Below, one piece after another: positions 1 through 12,706 of a DNA stretch of 64,000 bases; the first letter of the stretch is position 1, and the number at the start of each line of letters is the position of its first letter. Where the stretch lies: contig NC_069000.1 of NCBI RefSeq assembly GCF_001194135.2, positions 10,358,075-10,422,074 on the forward strand, written 5' to 3'. Under the pieces are notes generated by a model, which ran no database searches, was not told the origin of the DNA, and saw only the letters and a program-made list of their open reading frames with translations. The DNA comes from Octopus bimaculoides (Eukaryota). The translations under genes were made by a program, and so were the position numbers.

Positions 1-335
1 AAAAAAAGTAGAAAATAAAGGTAAAATCAAGAATAAGAAAAACGAAAAATAAAGAAAAATACTCAAAAAAATTCCAAGTCACTCAACACTTTAGCTAATA
101 AAAATTCACAACAAGACAAACAAACAAATAGAAAACTAAAATAAAGGAATATTGGTATTTTTTTGGTTTGTTTGTTGTTGTTTTTTTAATATTTTATATA
201 TTTATTTTTCCTTCCAAAACTATGTGCATTCACTGAAAGATAAATATATTTTAAAAAATGGTGGGAGGGAGCAACAAAAAAACAAAAAAAACTATCGATA
301 TTCCCTTCAGTAACCAACAGCAGTGATATATTTAC

Positions 336-830
336 TCATAAGAAACAACAACCACAAAAATAAAAATAAAAAAAAGAGGGGGAAAAAATTAATAAAATAA
401 TAAATAAACAGAAGTGATTAGAATGGCAGTAGGTTAGAGAAATTCCCTGCAGGAAGTCTAGACATTTGTTTATATGAATGACATTGAATTGTTGAAAGTG
501 GAGATGAGAAGCAAAAAGAGAGCTGTGAGGGGAGAAGGGGAAAGAGAAAGATAGAGAGAGCGGGGAGGAGTAATGAAATGAAAGGAAAGACAACAGACAG
601 GTGGAGGAAGAGGAGGAGGAGGAGGGGGAGACAAGGCTTGAAGGATTCATTCACCACTGCAATGCAATCGCACACACACACACACACACATGCACAATCA
701 CAGACCAATACTAAAGCTCACAGAATAGCTCTTTTTGTCTGGCAGCCTTATCTAAACATCTCTATTTGGCTTCACAGTAAATTTGTTTTGGTTAGAAATA
801 TGGTAACGAAAGGGTTAGAATAAAGTCACT
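336..830 (-). other. Possible 5' UTR / first exon of a downstream minus-strand gene leaving the window
   Basis: Pyrimidine- and microsatellite-rich leader-like sequence ending at donor TGA|gtaaat (336/335). No credible ORF. Confidence 0.25.
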
Positions 831-1723
831 AAAGAGGACCGGGGGGGGGGTTGTTGTTGCTTTTTTGTTGTTTTCGTTTATCATTTCAGTGACCTGAACG
901 AGGGTTTGTAACATCTGACACTTAATGAACTTGAAAAAAGTATATTCATAATTTATGCATATATTATTTCAAACATTTGACAAGAACCACAATAAACAGA
1001 AAATTCGTAACTAATTCCTTTGTCAGTCAACGTCCAAAAGATCATTACAATTTCATGCCTCTAATGTCGATTGTTCACTTTTGGTGTCGCCAGCAGTGAG
1101 AAGCCACTGGGTATACCGAATAAACGTACAAGACAATGATTTAAACAAACATGACAAAATAATTATACATATACAATGCCGACAGGCATGATCCATGCAC
1201 AATCATGTATGCACATGCACACACACACATCATACGCAGACACAATTATGTAATTACCCCTCATTATCATCATCACTGACCACAACAGATTTGAGACAGG
1301 CAACCCAGAACCCCAGTTAACAGTCACTAATCTCCAAAAGTTGCTTCCAACCCCTTTTAATTAAAAGAAAAGACACATTAAATAATGCTACACACATAGT
1401 TAGAATGTGTTTGATCCAAAGTCACTTTGACTGGAAGTGGAAGTGACCTAGGGTTAAAGAACAACAGGTCTAACATAGTCTTTTCTTTTCTCTTTTGAAT
1501 ATCTTCCTTGAAGATATGGCTCAATAAATTCAATTAAAAATGCTTTATTTAGAACTTGTTCACTACCAGCTAACCCAATTCTAGTTTATAAATTACTTAT
1601 GGCTACAGCTCTCGCTCGGCAAAGAGTTAATATAGCAACCAACAGTGTTACTATAAATAGTCACCTCACTGCTAGTCGTTAATTATAGTCGTTAATTATT
1701 GTTTTCATTTGTGTCAACTGCAT

Positions 1724-1817
1724 ATATATATATATATTTATCTATATATACATACATACATACGCATACATATATACATATACACATACATATATACAAA
1801 CACACATACACACAAAC

Positions 1818-1850
<33 letters not shown>

Positions 1851-1875
1851 TATATACACACACACAAACATATAC

Positions 1876-1907
<32 letters not shown>

Positions 1908-1918
1908 TACACACACAT
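1724..1918. repeat. Compound (AT)/(AC) microsatellite
   Basis: Directly visible; it generates the spurious YIYI/THTH ORFs. Confidence 0.95.
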
Positions 1919-2009
1919 AATGCATACATTGTATTATGTGTGTGTGATATGGCCAGTTTAAATGCTAAAGAGTTAAACAAACCTAGCATTCGAAAAACTG
2001 AAGCAAGTA

Positions 2010-2343
2010 AAAGGTGTGGTTGTGTGGTAAGAAGCTTGCTTCCCAACCACATCGTTCAGGGTTCAGTCCCACTGCGTGGCACTTTGGGTGTCTTATTATA
2101 CCCTCAGGCTAACCAGAGCCTTGAGTGGATTTGGCAGGCAGAAACTGAAAGAAGCCTGTCGTATATGTGTGTGTTTCTCCACCCATTATCGCTTGACAAC
2201 CAATGTTGATGTGTTTATGTCTCTGTAACTAGCGGTTCAGCAAAAGAGACCGATAGAATGAGTCCTGGGGTCGATTTGTTCGACCAAATGGCGGTGCTCC
2301 AGCACGGCCGCAGTCAAATGACTGAAGCAAGTAAAAGAATAAA
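2010..2343 (+). mobile_element. SINE family B (gctgtgtggtaag...gggttcagtcccactgcgtggcaccttgggcaag...)
   Basis: A-box/B-box-like head, (TG)n linker, and 3' ...ccagcatggccgcagtcaaatgactgaaacaagtaaaag. Confidence 0.85.
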
Positions 2344-2786
2344 GTATGAACAATCAAAATAACTGAAGAACACAAAAGGTTAATTTAGTTGGAATTTTCG
2401 AAAATGTCTTGATCAAGTTCATGAAAGACATATTGAACGATGAGAAAATTAATAGATAAATGGAAAATAAAAAAAAAATTAATAAAAAAAATTAAAAATG
2501 AAATAGAATAAAATAAATTTCTTTGTTTACTGTAAGACATTTAGTGCAAAATGAATATCTTCAAATGAAGAACAAAGTGTAGACACGCCTGACTGTCTGT
2601 CTTTCAAGTCACAGTGTAGATATTCTAATATTGTTAAGAGTCTAAACAGGATTCAAAAATAGAACAGAGTTTAAAATATACATTAAACACAACAGCAAAC
2701 AATGAGAGGACATTTGCCAGAAAGAAAAGGAAAGTAACAAGCAATAGTGAAAAGAGAAATTGTGATATTTATGCATCTTGGAGTAA

Positions 2787-3122
2787 AGGTGCATGGTTTA
2801 GTGGTTAGGTAGGGTGTGCAGCTTGCAATCTTAAGTTTGTACATTTGATTTCTCCATGGAGAAATTTAGGTGTTGAGTAAGACACTTTTAATTTCACGTT
2901 GTTTCAGTCCACTCAGCTGGCCAAAATGAGTTGTAGCTGTATTTCAACGAGCCAGCCTTGTCATATTCAGGGTCACATTGACCCTCCCTCCCTGTGAACT
3001 ACGTTAAGGGTGTGTGTGTCTGTGGATTGCTCAGCCACTTGTAGTATGTTAATTTCACAAGCAGGCTGCTCGGTTGATCGAATCAGCTGGAACCACATCA
3101 TCGTAACCAACAGAGTGCCAAT
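2787..3122 (+). mobile_element. Third tRNA-derived SINE family (gcatggtttagtggttagg...cagtccactcagctgg...aaccaacagagtgcca)
   Basis: tRNA-like head. A homologous truncated copy is at 18155-18390 and a 3' piece at 32720-32825. Confidence 0.7.
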
Positions 3123-3264
3123 TCCGCCTTTTGTTTCTTTTCTTGAGATGCACCTAAGAATGATGCAAACTGGGAATCAAACCCTTAGCTTACATAGAAC
3201 ATGAAACCAACTATTGAGTGACCTCCATGTGATCTCTCAGTGTGTTAGAAATAGCAGCTAAATA

Positions 3265-3500
3265 GATAAGGCATCGAGCTGGCAGAAACGTTAGCACGCC
3301 GGGCGAAATTCTTAGCGGCATTTTGTCCGTCTTTACATTCTGAGTTCAAATTCCGCCGAGGTCGACTTTGCCTTTCATCCTTTCGGGGTCGATAAATTAA
3401 GTACCAATCACGCACTGGGGTCGATGTAATCGACTTAACCCCTTTGTCTGTCCTTGTCTGTCCCCTCTATGTTTAGCCCCTTGTGGGCAATAAAGAAATA
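3265..3500 (+). mobile_element. Young tRNA-derived SINE (family A, gagctggcagaaacgttagcacgccgggcg...)
   Basis: Full length with CpGs intact. 18-bp TSD agaaatagcagctaaata at 3247-3264 and 3501-3518. The central cctttcatcctttcggggtcgataaa resembles the Meta-SINE domain. Confidence 0.9.
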
Positions 3501-4259
3501 AGAAATAGCAGCTAAATAACTCTCATATTGAATAATGTGGTCTAAAATAAATACATAAACAAATTATAGCCAAAGAAGACGAGCAGAAGACCTTCAGTCA
3601 TAACTCTGAGAGTGGAAAGACTGATCTAGCTGATTTCTAATGTCCAATCTAAAATACCTGTAAAATACCTGTATAATACCGTAAGCTCATTCTCAGCTGA
3701 CAAATCTAGTGTGTAATGCAATCCACACCAAATTACCAGTCAGGATACATCCACTTCTTGTTTTTCATTTCTTATGGATCTAAACCAAGTTTATCAATAA
3801 AAAGCAACGACAAAAAAAGTGAAAAAAAAAAAAATACAGCATTAATCACATTAGGAAAGAAAGAAAAAAAGGCAACAGCAATCAAAAGCAAACCACCTGA
3901 GATGGGATGGATTTGAGTGACATGTCAGTAAAGTTCGTAATCACCTGTCGGCTTAATTACATCATCATTCTGTTACTCAAATAGAAGTCATTCAACGGCA
4001 GCTATTTTTAGAACAACAACAAACTTGGTGAGTTGTTGTGTGGTAAGTGATTTACTTCAAAGGCTCTTAACACAGGACACTTGAACTTATATCAAACGAG
4101 ACATCTAATGAATGAGGATATGCTTGATATGTACATTCATACAGACTTGGTAAATGCTTGTATATACAGAGGGAAAGAACAAAAATAGACAAACAACCGA
4201 AGAAAGATTTCACTGATAAAAAATACAGAGTTTATCATCATTTTACATCTCCCTCCACC

Positions 4260-5345
4260 ACACTTGCATAAATTGGGTGGTGTCTTCTTTCTATGGCACA
4301 ACTTGCTACCTTTTCTTTTTGTAGTCCTTTGTTGTCTCCTTCATGAAGTTCAGTCCTCATCCACTTGAATAGCTCAGCATCTCTTTGCCCAATTGTAAAC
4401 CTCCATATGCATTACATATCAGTACTATCATACATCATCTGATTCTTCCCACATCCATTCTTATCCTCATTCCATTTTGACTTTGTTGGCCATGCATGCT
4501 AACAGTACAGGCATTCAGTGGAGTACATTCACTCTGTTCCTTGTTTCACTACTCTCACATTTCACACTTTTTGCATCACACAATCCATCCTCTTGTCATG
4601 AGAAAACAGATCCCTAAACTTCTGCCACCACTTTCTCAATCTGGTTACTATCCTTTCAGAACATCCACCTCCACTGCTAATTAGGTCACTGAAGTAACAG
4701 CAGCTATCAACTACTTCTACAGAGTATTCTTGATCCCACAGCTAACTACCTTTGTCCATGAGTCCTATACAAAGTCTTTCTTCTCTTTTGGTCAACCTGT
4801 TATCCCAATGCAGCTTTGTGCACTCATATTTTATACTTACTACACAGCACCTAGTATATATTAACTCCTTCTCGATAAACTGAACGTGGTCACCTCTCTG
4901 ATGACAGTACAAACCTGTCTTCTTTCCAGTTGAATAAAACTATTTGTTGGCTAAGTTTACTTACAGGTTTCCCCCCATTTTAGTCTCTGCTTCAATGTAT
5001 GGAACTTCATTCTAATTCTTTGATAGATTCAGTTATGACAATTAGGTCATCAACATGAGAGTCCTCAATGACAGCCAGTCTGAGATATTTCTATTATGGC
5101 CTGCAGAACTAAAACAAACAAGCAGAAAATGAGAACTGAAGTTTGACAGTCACTTGCCTGCTTCCTAAATTCCTCAATGAACTCACTGCTAATTCTCACA
5201 TTGCTTGATGGCTTACACAGTTCTCAAGTCATTCATCTACACATGGCTTAGAGACAACTAGATTATGAAGTGCAGTATCCTGTCAAAAGACCGTTTTTGA
5301 AGAGTAAACAAACGCTAGGTATAGTGACACAATTTCCCAGACTGC
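4260..5345 (-). mobile_element. Decayed RTE-like LINE 3' half (RT and tail)
   Basis: Minus strand shows a degenerate YADDL motif (cat gtt gat gac cta, about 5040-5060) and a 3' tail resembling the RTE tail at 46016-46200. No intact ORF. Confidence 0.6.
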
Positions 5346-5360
5346 AATTTGTTATGTACC

Positions 5361-5581
5361 TTAACCCTTTAGTGTTCAGATTAGTCTGACAAATGTAATG
5401 TTTATTTATTCACACTGCTTTGAATTTATCATGAATTATCTCATAACTTTAAAAAGTTTCAATGATGTGAGTGTTTACTTTTAGAATGACACTGTGTGAG
5501 AAGCCAGATCTAGCCAGTTTGAAGGAAAAACAGATAGAATATTTGGGCCAGATATGGCCGGTTTAAATGCTAAAGGGTTAA
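5361..5581 (-). mobile_element. piggyBac-type MITE (TTAA-CCC...GGG-TTAA)
   Basis: ttaaccctttag...atgctaaagggttaa. Same ~220-bp family as several other copies in the window. Confidence 0.8.
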
Positions 5582-6939
5582 AAGAAAAGTCTGGACATGA
5601 TTATTTCAGTTTGTGTAGTTGATAATATAGGTTTTATTTCAGCTTTAAACAATGATACGAAGGGCGTTTAGCAATAAGAATTACTGCTCCAAAACTAATT
5701 CTATAAATTAAAAAAAGTCTTTGATGGTCATATAAGGTACATTTTTCCCCAAAAAAGTGTCTCAAAGAAGAATCATCCCAGATCCTTATATGTGATGTTG
5801 GGCTTCCCATAAGCTTCATTATGCTAAAAACGTTTTTTCCTTGAAGATGTACTTTTGAAATTGGGTTTCATCAAATGTGCCTGTGTAACTTTTATGCCAT
5901 CAATTATGGTAAATCAACAATAATGTAAATAGAGAGAGGGGAGAGAGAGAGAGGTGTATGCAGAAATGTTAGAGTAATCAAGAAGAAGAAAAAAAGGACG
6001 CATTACTAAAAATAGTATGATATTAATTAACTGGAAGCTGACACTTCACAAATTATTGTTCCAAGTTTCTTGTTGTTGATCTGCAGACAGTTACGAAAAT
6101 AAAACAAACATTTTTTTTTTTTTTACATGATCATTAAATGCCAAATTCTTTTCTGTTTTGTTTTTCGTAATCGTCTTAAGATTGGCAACAAGAAATTTTG
6201 AGTAATAGTACGTGAAGATTCAGCGCCAATGAACTGTGTATCTGAGAAAGAGAGAGAGTGAAATATATTTTATTACTTTTACTTTAAAGTTTAGAATTTC
6301 TATGCCAACATGGCGGCAAGAAAATAATAAATTAAGAAATCAACACCAATTCCTAGAAGCATATGTTCTAAAGCAAACACGTATACACACACACACACAC
6401 ATACACACACACACATACTCTTAACCATAAATTAGGTAAAAGCTGTTAAATAGACTGGGATCTGAAGAGCAGCTTGTCACAGCTACATTTGAACTTTTGT
6501 TTGTTGTTTTCTAACAACCTAATTTCTGAACTGTAACACAGATATAGTCACAAGCCACTCTGTACAGTGTGCAGAAAGTTAACATGGAGAAATGAAATTA
6601 TGATAAGAAATCAAACCATTAACTCTTTCAAATCTTCACAGCTCAAAGGGCAAGTAACTCTAAAACAAGAAATTAGTGTCTCTGAATGAAATTTGATTTT
6701 ATCGGAAATAAACCAGCCTTGAAACTTGAACTTTGCACAAAATATAAATTAAAGCTATTACAATGAGACAGTGTCAGTAAATTGGAGTTTAAAATTCACC
6801 AGATTAATAGTAATGATAAGTCTAATAAATAACTCGACCATATATATCTTGAATATAGTTTTATTTACTCCAGCACATTATAATTCAAGTAAATCTGATT
6901 TTGTGGGCCAGGTTTCAGTTCTTACCCAGTTAATTTTTA

Positions 6940-6989
6940 TTATTCTACTCTTTGTATCTGCTGTTCAGGCATATACTGTAACCAATCAC
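6940..6989 (-). CDS. Last coding exon of an unidentified minus-strand gene ((G)DWLQYMPEQQIQRVE*)
   Basis: Minus-strand acceptor ttttttgttttaattaaag|GT GAT TGG... Phase-1 start joins the 10204-10238 exon in frame. TAA at 6942-6940. A strong donor TGG|gtaaga lies at 6926/6925. Confidence 0.6.
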
Positions 6990-7074
6990 CTTTAATTAAA
7001 ACAAAAAAAAAAAAAANNNNNNNNNNNNNNNNNNNNNNNNNNNNNNNNNNNNTTTTTTTTTTTTTTTTTTTTTT

Positions 7075-7497
7075 TTGCTCTTTTCCTGGCTTCAGTCATT
7101 GAACTGTGGTCATGCTGGGGTCCCAGCCTTAAAGGGTTTAGTCAGTCATGTTGACAGCAGAACTTATTTTGAATTGTAAGACATAAAAGGAGCAACACAA
7201 ATCGACCCAAGACTTATTCTTTGTAAGCCTATTCTGCCGGACTCTTTTGCTGAACTGCTAAGCTACAGGAATGTAAACACACCAACATCAGTTGTCAAGT
7301 GATGTTGGTAGAACAGACATACACACACACACACACACATATACAATGGGCTTCTTTCAGTTTCCATCTACCATATCCACTCACAAGGCTTTGGTTGGCC
7401 CAGAGCTGTAGTAGAAAATGCATGGCCAAGGTGCCATGCAGTGGGGCTGAACCCAGAACCATGTGGCTAAGAAGCAAACTTCTTATCACATAACCAA
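7075..7497 (-). mobile_element. SINE family B
   Basis: Reverse-complement match to family B, with CpGs decayed. Confidence 0.8.
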
Positions 7498-8116
7498 GTT
7501 TGTGCCTAACTTAAATAACTCTTAAATTCAACAACCTTTCCAGGGTTATTTTCCCCCCCCCCCCAGTTTTATTTTTAACCATTTAATCATTGTCAACACT
7601 CTGCTGTGATAAATACCCTAGACAAGTATAGTTAAATACACGAAGTAATATACAAGTAGAGCTAATTAAGTATAAGGCCATGGGCAAGTGTAGGCAATCA
7701 ATTACAAAATCCATAGGTAATATAAGTTAAGTATAGAGCTATAGGCAAATCTCTGTTAAGTCAATAGCCCAAAGGCGCAATGCAATGCCTGCAACAGCAT
7801 AGCGGCTCCCAATCAATTACACATCTTCAGTGCTGTATTAACTTGGTTATCACATCTCTACAAAATAATCTGAGACGAAGCTTCATATTCGGTAAGAAGC
7901 AGTTGAGTAAAAGTTGTGATGTTGAAGACTCGCCAACAAAAAAAAAATGAAAACCAAGCACAGAAATTTCGTTTGCTGAAAGTTTATACAAATTTCCATT
8001 TGTGTAAAGTACTGTCTGTCTGAGGTCCTTGTTGTGACTTGACAAGCAGTACAAACTCTTGGTAGACACAATATCTTCAATCAACAACCTCACGATATTG
8101 TATACTGTGTGACGTC

Positions 8117-8156
<40 letters not shown>

Positions 8157-8704
8157 TCTGCTATAGGTACTATGCACTTTGTCCAATGTGCTTACAATTC
8201 TCCCAGCTCACCACCTTAATAATAATAAGAAGAAGAATAACAATAATAATAACAATGACAACAACAATAATGGTTTAAAATATTGGCCCAAGGCCAGCAC
8301 TTTTGAGAGGTGAGGACCAGTTAATTGAATCACCCCCAGCACTTGACTGGAATTCATACACCATAGAAACTGGGAAACCGAGCTCATGAGCCTGGCTAGG
8401 CTTTGAAAGGGTACATAAAAAATAAGAATATATATATATATATATATATATTTCAAAAATTTAACAAAAACAGAATGGACATATTACAAAAACATAACAG
8501 AAAATTTGAGGCTTATTCTTCATCAGTCAACATCCAACAGATCATTACAATTTCGGGCCTTTAATGTAGGTAATGTTCACTCTTGGTGGTGCCAGTGGCA
8601 AAAAGGCACTGGGAACAGCTAACGAATGTACAAGACAATAACGAAAACAAACAACAAAATAAAACATACTTGGAAATGTGCTGTGCGTGAGAAGACCCGG
8701 CAAG

Positions 8705-9095
8705 CCAAGTAAGATCGTTGCCAGTGCCCCTGGACTGGTTCTTGTGCGGGTGGCACATGAGATGCACCATTTTGAGCGTGGCCGTTGCCAGTACCGCCTG
8801 GCTCCCGTAGGATTTTTGAGCGAGATCGTTGCCAGTGCCCCTGGACTGGCTTGTGCGGGTGGCACATAAAAGACACCATTTCGAGCGTGGCCGTTTTCGT
8901 GCGGGTGACACGTAAAAGCACCCACTACACTCTCTGAGTGGTTGGCGTTAGGAAGGGCATCCAGCTGTAGAAACTCTGCCAAATTAGACTGGAGCCTGGT
9001 GTTGCCATCCGGTTTCACCAGTCCTCAGTCAAATCGTCCAACCCATGCTAGCATGGAAAGCGGACGTTAAACGATGATGATGATGATGATGATAT
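8705..9095 (+). mobile_element. Non-autonomous retroposon with an RTE-type (GAT)n tail and an internal ~65-bp tandem array
   Basis: Units gagcgtggccgttgccagt...gtggcacgtaaaagcaccattt, then cactacactctctgagtggttggcgttaggaagggcatcc...gcatggaaagcggacgttaaacgatgatg. Confidence 0.8.
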
Positions 9096-9960
9096 ATAAC
9101 AACAAAAAAAAAGCCATGTGTGAAGGGTTTCTTTCAGTTTCTATCTACCAAATCCACTCACAAAGTTTTATTGGGCCCGAGGTTATAGCAGAAGACACTT
9201 GACCAAGGTATCATGCAATGGGACTGAGCCCAGAACCCATGTGGTTGGGAAGCAAGCTTTTTATCATACTGCCATATCTGCACACATTTTTTTTTTATTT
9301 ATTTTATTTTATTTCTTTTGATATGTTCTCACAGTTGGAGGTTCTTCCTTCAGCTGGCTGAAATAGGAGTGTAGGTGTGGAGCCCGTCTTCTGCCAATCA
9401 CCCAAGTGAGGTGTGAAGAGTAATGTGTCTTGCTCATGGGCACTACACTATCAGTGCTGTATCAATAACAAGGTTTGAACACCTGAACATTTTCTCAGTA
9501 ATCTAGAACCATAACCTTGCAGCCATTGTTTCTTCTTATTATATAACTAGAACTTAATGTAGCAGATATTGCTTCCAAAATGCATTCAAAATTAGCTGCA
9601 ATCTCTACAGATTGGTTGCTGCTTCCTCTCTCTCTCTCCCCACTTCTCTCTTACACTCACATGTGCTTGTGCACGTAGAGGGCCCCTATGTATATGCTTA
9701 ATTTTAAAAGCAACGAATCAACAAATATTACGCATGCATACATGCACACATGCGCGCACAAATGAATTTGCACTGAAACGCACAACCTCGAATATTCGCA
9801 CATACACATGCATAAATAATCATATACGTGCAAAACAAGCATGCACGCACACACACACACACAGAGGGACTCAGAAATGCATCACACATTTCATACACAT
9901 AATTATTAGCATTAGATACATGCACAGAAATATGGACATGTACAACACAATATACACAGA

Positions 9961-10004
<44 letters not shown>

Positions 10005-10203
10005 ACAGATGGGATCGTACATATTCAAACAATTACAAAATACTAACATTGAAATATAGTCATACATATACACTCACATACATGCAAGCGATATACATAT
10101 TATACACACCTGAGGCAGAGATGAGCTGAATGATACAATGAAGTAGAATAACTAATTATTTGTTAATTATGTAGAATAGCTAACTGTAATAGTTCTGCCT
10201 TAC

Positions 10204-10238
10204 CAAAGGGCATTAGCACTTCAGCAAGGTCACTCCAA
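10204..10238 (-). CDS. 35-nt internal coding exon (WSDLAEVLMPF-G)
   Basis: Acceptor atatttcattctcag| and donor TTG|gtaagg are both near consensus. Phase 2 to 1, open frame, and splices in frame to the 6989 exon. Confidence 0.6.
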
Positions 10239-11699
10239 CTGAGAATGAAATATAATTATGATCTAATTAGTGTTACCAAGAGAAACCAAAGATGTATAAT
10301 GGACTTCATGCCTGGCTAAATGACATTACTGCACTCAAATAAAGAAGTTATCATTAATGATACTCGAATGGCAAACAAAAAGATAGAGTATCAAACCATA
10401 TCACATTGAATATTTCATTCTGTCTCCTCAACATTCCGAGTTCAAATCTCACCCAAGTAGACATCATTTTGTACATAGAGGGGTTCATAGAATACCAAAT
10501 AATATATGGGTTCGATTCAATGTACTATGCCCTCATCTTCAATGGAAATTGATCTCATGTCTAATAGTAATCATTTGTAATTTAGGTTTGGCCGACACTG
10601 GTGTGCCCTGACTGGCTCCCGTGTCGGTGGCACGTAAAAAGCATTATACAAATGTGATTGATGCCAGGCCTGCCTGACTGGCTCCTGTGCCAGTGGCACG
10701 TAAAAAGCACCCACTACACTCTCGGAGCGGTTGGCGTTAGGAAGGGCATCCAGCTGTAGGAACATTGCCAAATCAGATTGGAACCTGGTGCAGCCTCCTG
10801 GCTCTCCAGACCTTAGTCAAACCATCCAACTCATGCCAGCATGGAAAACAAACGTTAAATAATGATGATGTACAAAGCCAGTAATTTTGAGGGGAGAAGG
10901 GTTTAATTGGTACAGTCAATCTCAGTACTTGACTGGTACTTTATTTTGCCAAGCCCCAAAAGAATGAAAGCAATGCTTTCAAAGTTTGGCACAAGGCCAG
11001 AAATTGGGGGGGGGGGCAGTTACATCGATCCCAGTATTCAACTGATACTTATTTTATTGCGCCAAGATATGCCAGTGAAGGATCAAACCATATGCCCTTA
11101 CTGTTACCAAAGGAAGGAAGAAAGATTTAAAAAAAACAGAGGAGTTATTTCAAAGATAGCAAAAATATATTAAAAACAAGGGCTTGTAGGTACTTAATAG
11201 AATACCTGTGCTTTGTCAGTGGCTGACAGTGATGTTAATCTATGTCAGGTAGGATACCTGAAAACACCTTTAATAATCATGCTCTTTGTTATAGACAAAT
11301 TACAAGGTATATAATTATTCTCAACTTTGAATATTATTGTAAGAGACAAAATAAGAGAGTTAATTCAGTTTTAGGTACAGCATGAACCAGGTAAGAAATT
11401 CAAATAAAGTCCATTTTCTGTTTCCTTTTTAATCCTGTAGTATTCAAACCAGCTGTGGCCAACCCAAATATTCTATCTACTTTATGTTCAAATCAACTAG
11501 ATCTACCCTCTTATACCTACCCTGCAATGTCATTCTAAAAATAAACAATCACGCCACTAAAATCTCAAAGCTAAGAGATAATGCATAATTAATATGAATG
11601 AAAAGACAATATGAATGAATAAGCATTACATTTGACGGAATAATCTGAATGCTAAAGGGTGAAATAATGTTTCATTTTGAAAATTTTGAAATAATCAAA

Positions 11700-11737
<38 letters not shown>

Positions 11738-12483
11738 CATAATTTACAAATCAGAGGGAAACATTTTGAATCAACAAATTATGTTTTAACTGAGACGAAA
11801 ACTTCGTTAAATTCAGTAATAAAATTGATAAAATAACTTTCTGATTTAAATTTTTGTTTAACTTGCAAAATTAGATTCCTAGTCACTGTTTGGAAAATTC
11901 AACAACACTAAAAGAAGAAAATGAAAATAAAAATATGAGAATGAAATTTTTTTCATCTCTTTTTTAACAGAGATCTGTTGAAATCCACTGCCTTTGTTTC
12001 AATTAATTTGAAAATAATAAAGAATTCAGTAAAATAGCTTTGACATTATTAAGCTGGTATTTGAAGCATAAATTAACATGAAATTAACTTTGAAATGGAA
12101 AATTGGTACCATAGAATTATGGGTGATTTTGGGTCGGGTGATATCAAAACGATTAAATACATATTTCAAGAATGAACACAGGTACAAGTGCTTTCATTTA
12201 CAATATCTTAGAAAAAGACAGTATTGAATACAGGTACCAGAGTTTCTCAATATAAATGGTTACATAGATGCAGGCATGGCTGTGTGGTTTAAGCCCCCCC
12301 CCCTCCTTGCAATCATGCAGCATATTGGGCAAGTGTCTTCTACTATAACCCTGGACAGACCAATTCCGTGGGAGTGAATTATAAAAAAGGAAATAAAATG
12401 CAGCTATTGCATGTAAAAAAAATATGCCTCCAAGGTTCCTAAAAGAATTCTGAAGGCTGAAGCTTAATATCAGCTTTATGATG

Positions 12484-12706
12484 TTAACTGTTTAGCATTT
12501 AAACTGACCATATCCAGCCTGAATATTCTACCTGCTTTATGTTCAAACTAATCACTGCTGGTTTCTCGTACCTACCCTACAATGTCATTCTACAAATAAA
12601 CATCATCAAAATTTCGAAGCTACAAGATAAGGCATGATTAATTCAAAACCAATTTGAGTAAATAACAATTACATTTGACAAAGTAATCTGAATGCTTAAG
12701 GGTTAA
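12484..12706 (+). mobile_element. piggyBac-type MITE copy
   Basis: ttaactgtttagcattt...aatgcttaagggttaa. Further copies at about 11435-11665, 15460-15625, 22155-22355, 30525-30762 and 35650-35870. Confidence 0.75.

Noticed and set aside
1692-2209. YIYI/THTH/CVCV-rich ORFs throughout the track
   Set aside because: They are translations of (AT)n/(AC)n microsatellites.
3265-3350. tRNA genes at SINE heads
   Set aside because: A/B boxes are present, but they continue into SINE bodies and show no complete cloverleaf.
5634-5819. 61-aa minus-strand ORF as a coding exon
   Set aside because: It lies downstream of the predicted stop, lacks its own acceptor, and partly resembles DNA-transposon terminal sequence.
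6940-10238. Naming the gene a sulfotransferase from GDWLQYMPEQQ
   Set aside because: The resemblance to the GDWKxxFTxEQ region is loose and the diagnostic RKG is absent, so no symbol was assigned.
11206-11257. Minus-strand exon with good AG/GT sites
   Set aside because: All three frames contain stops. At most it is an unsupported alternative terminal exon.
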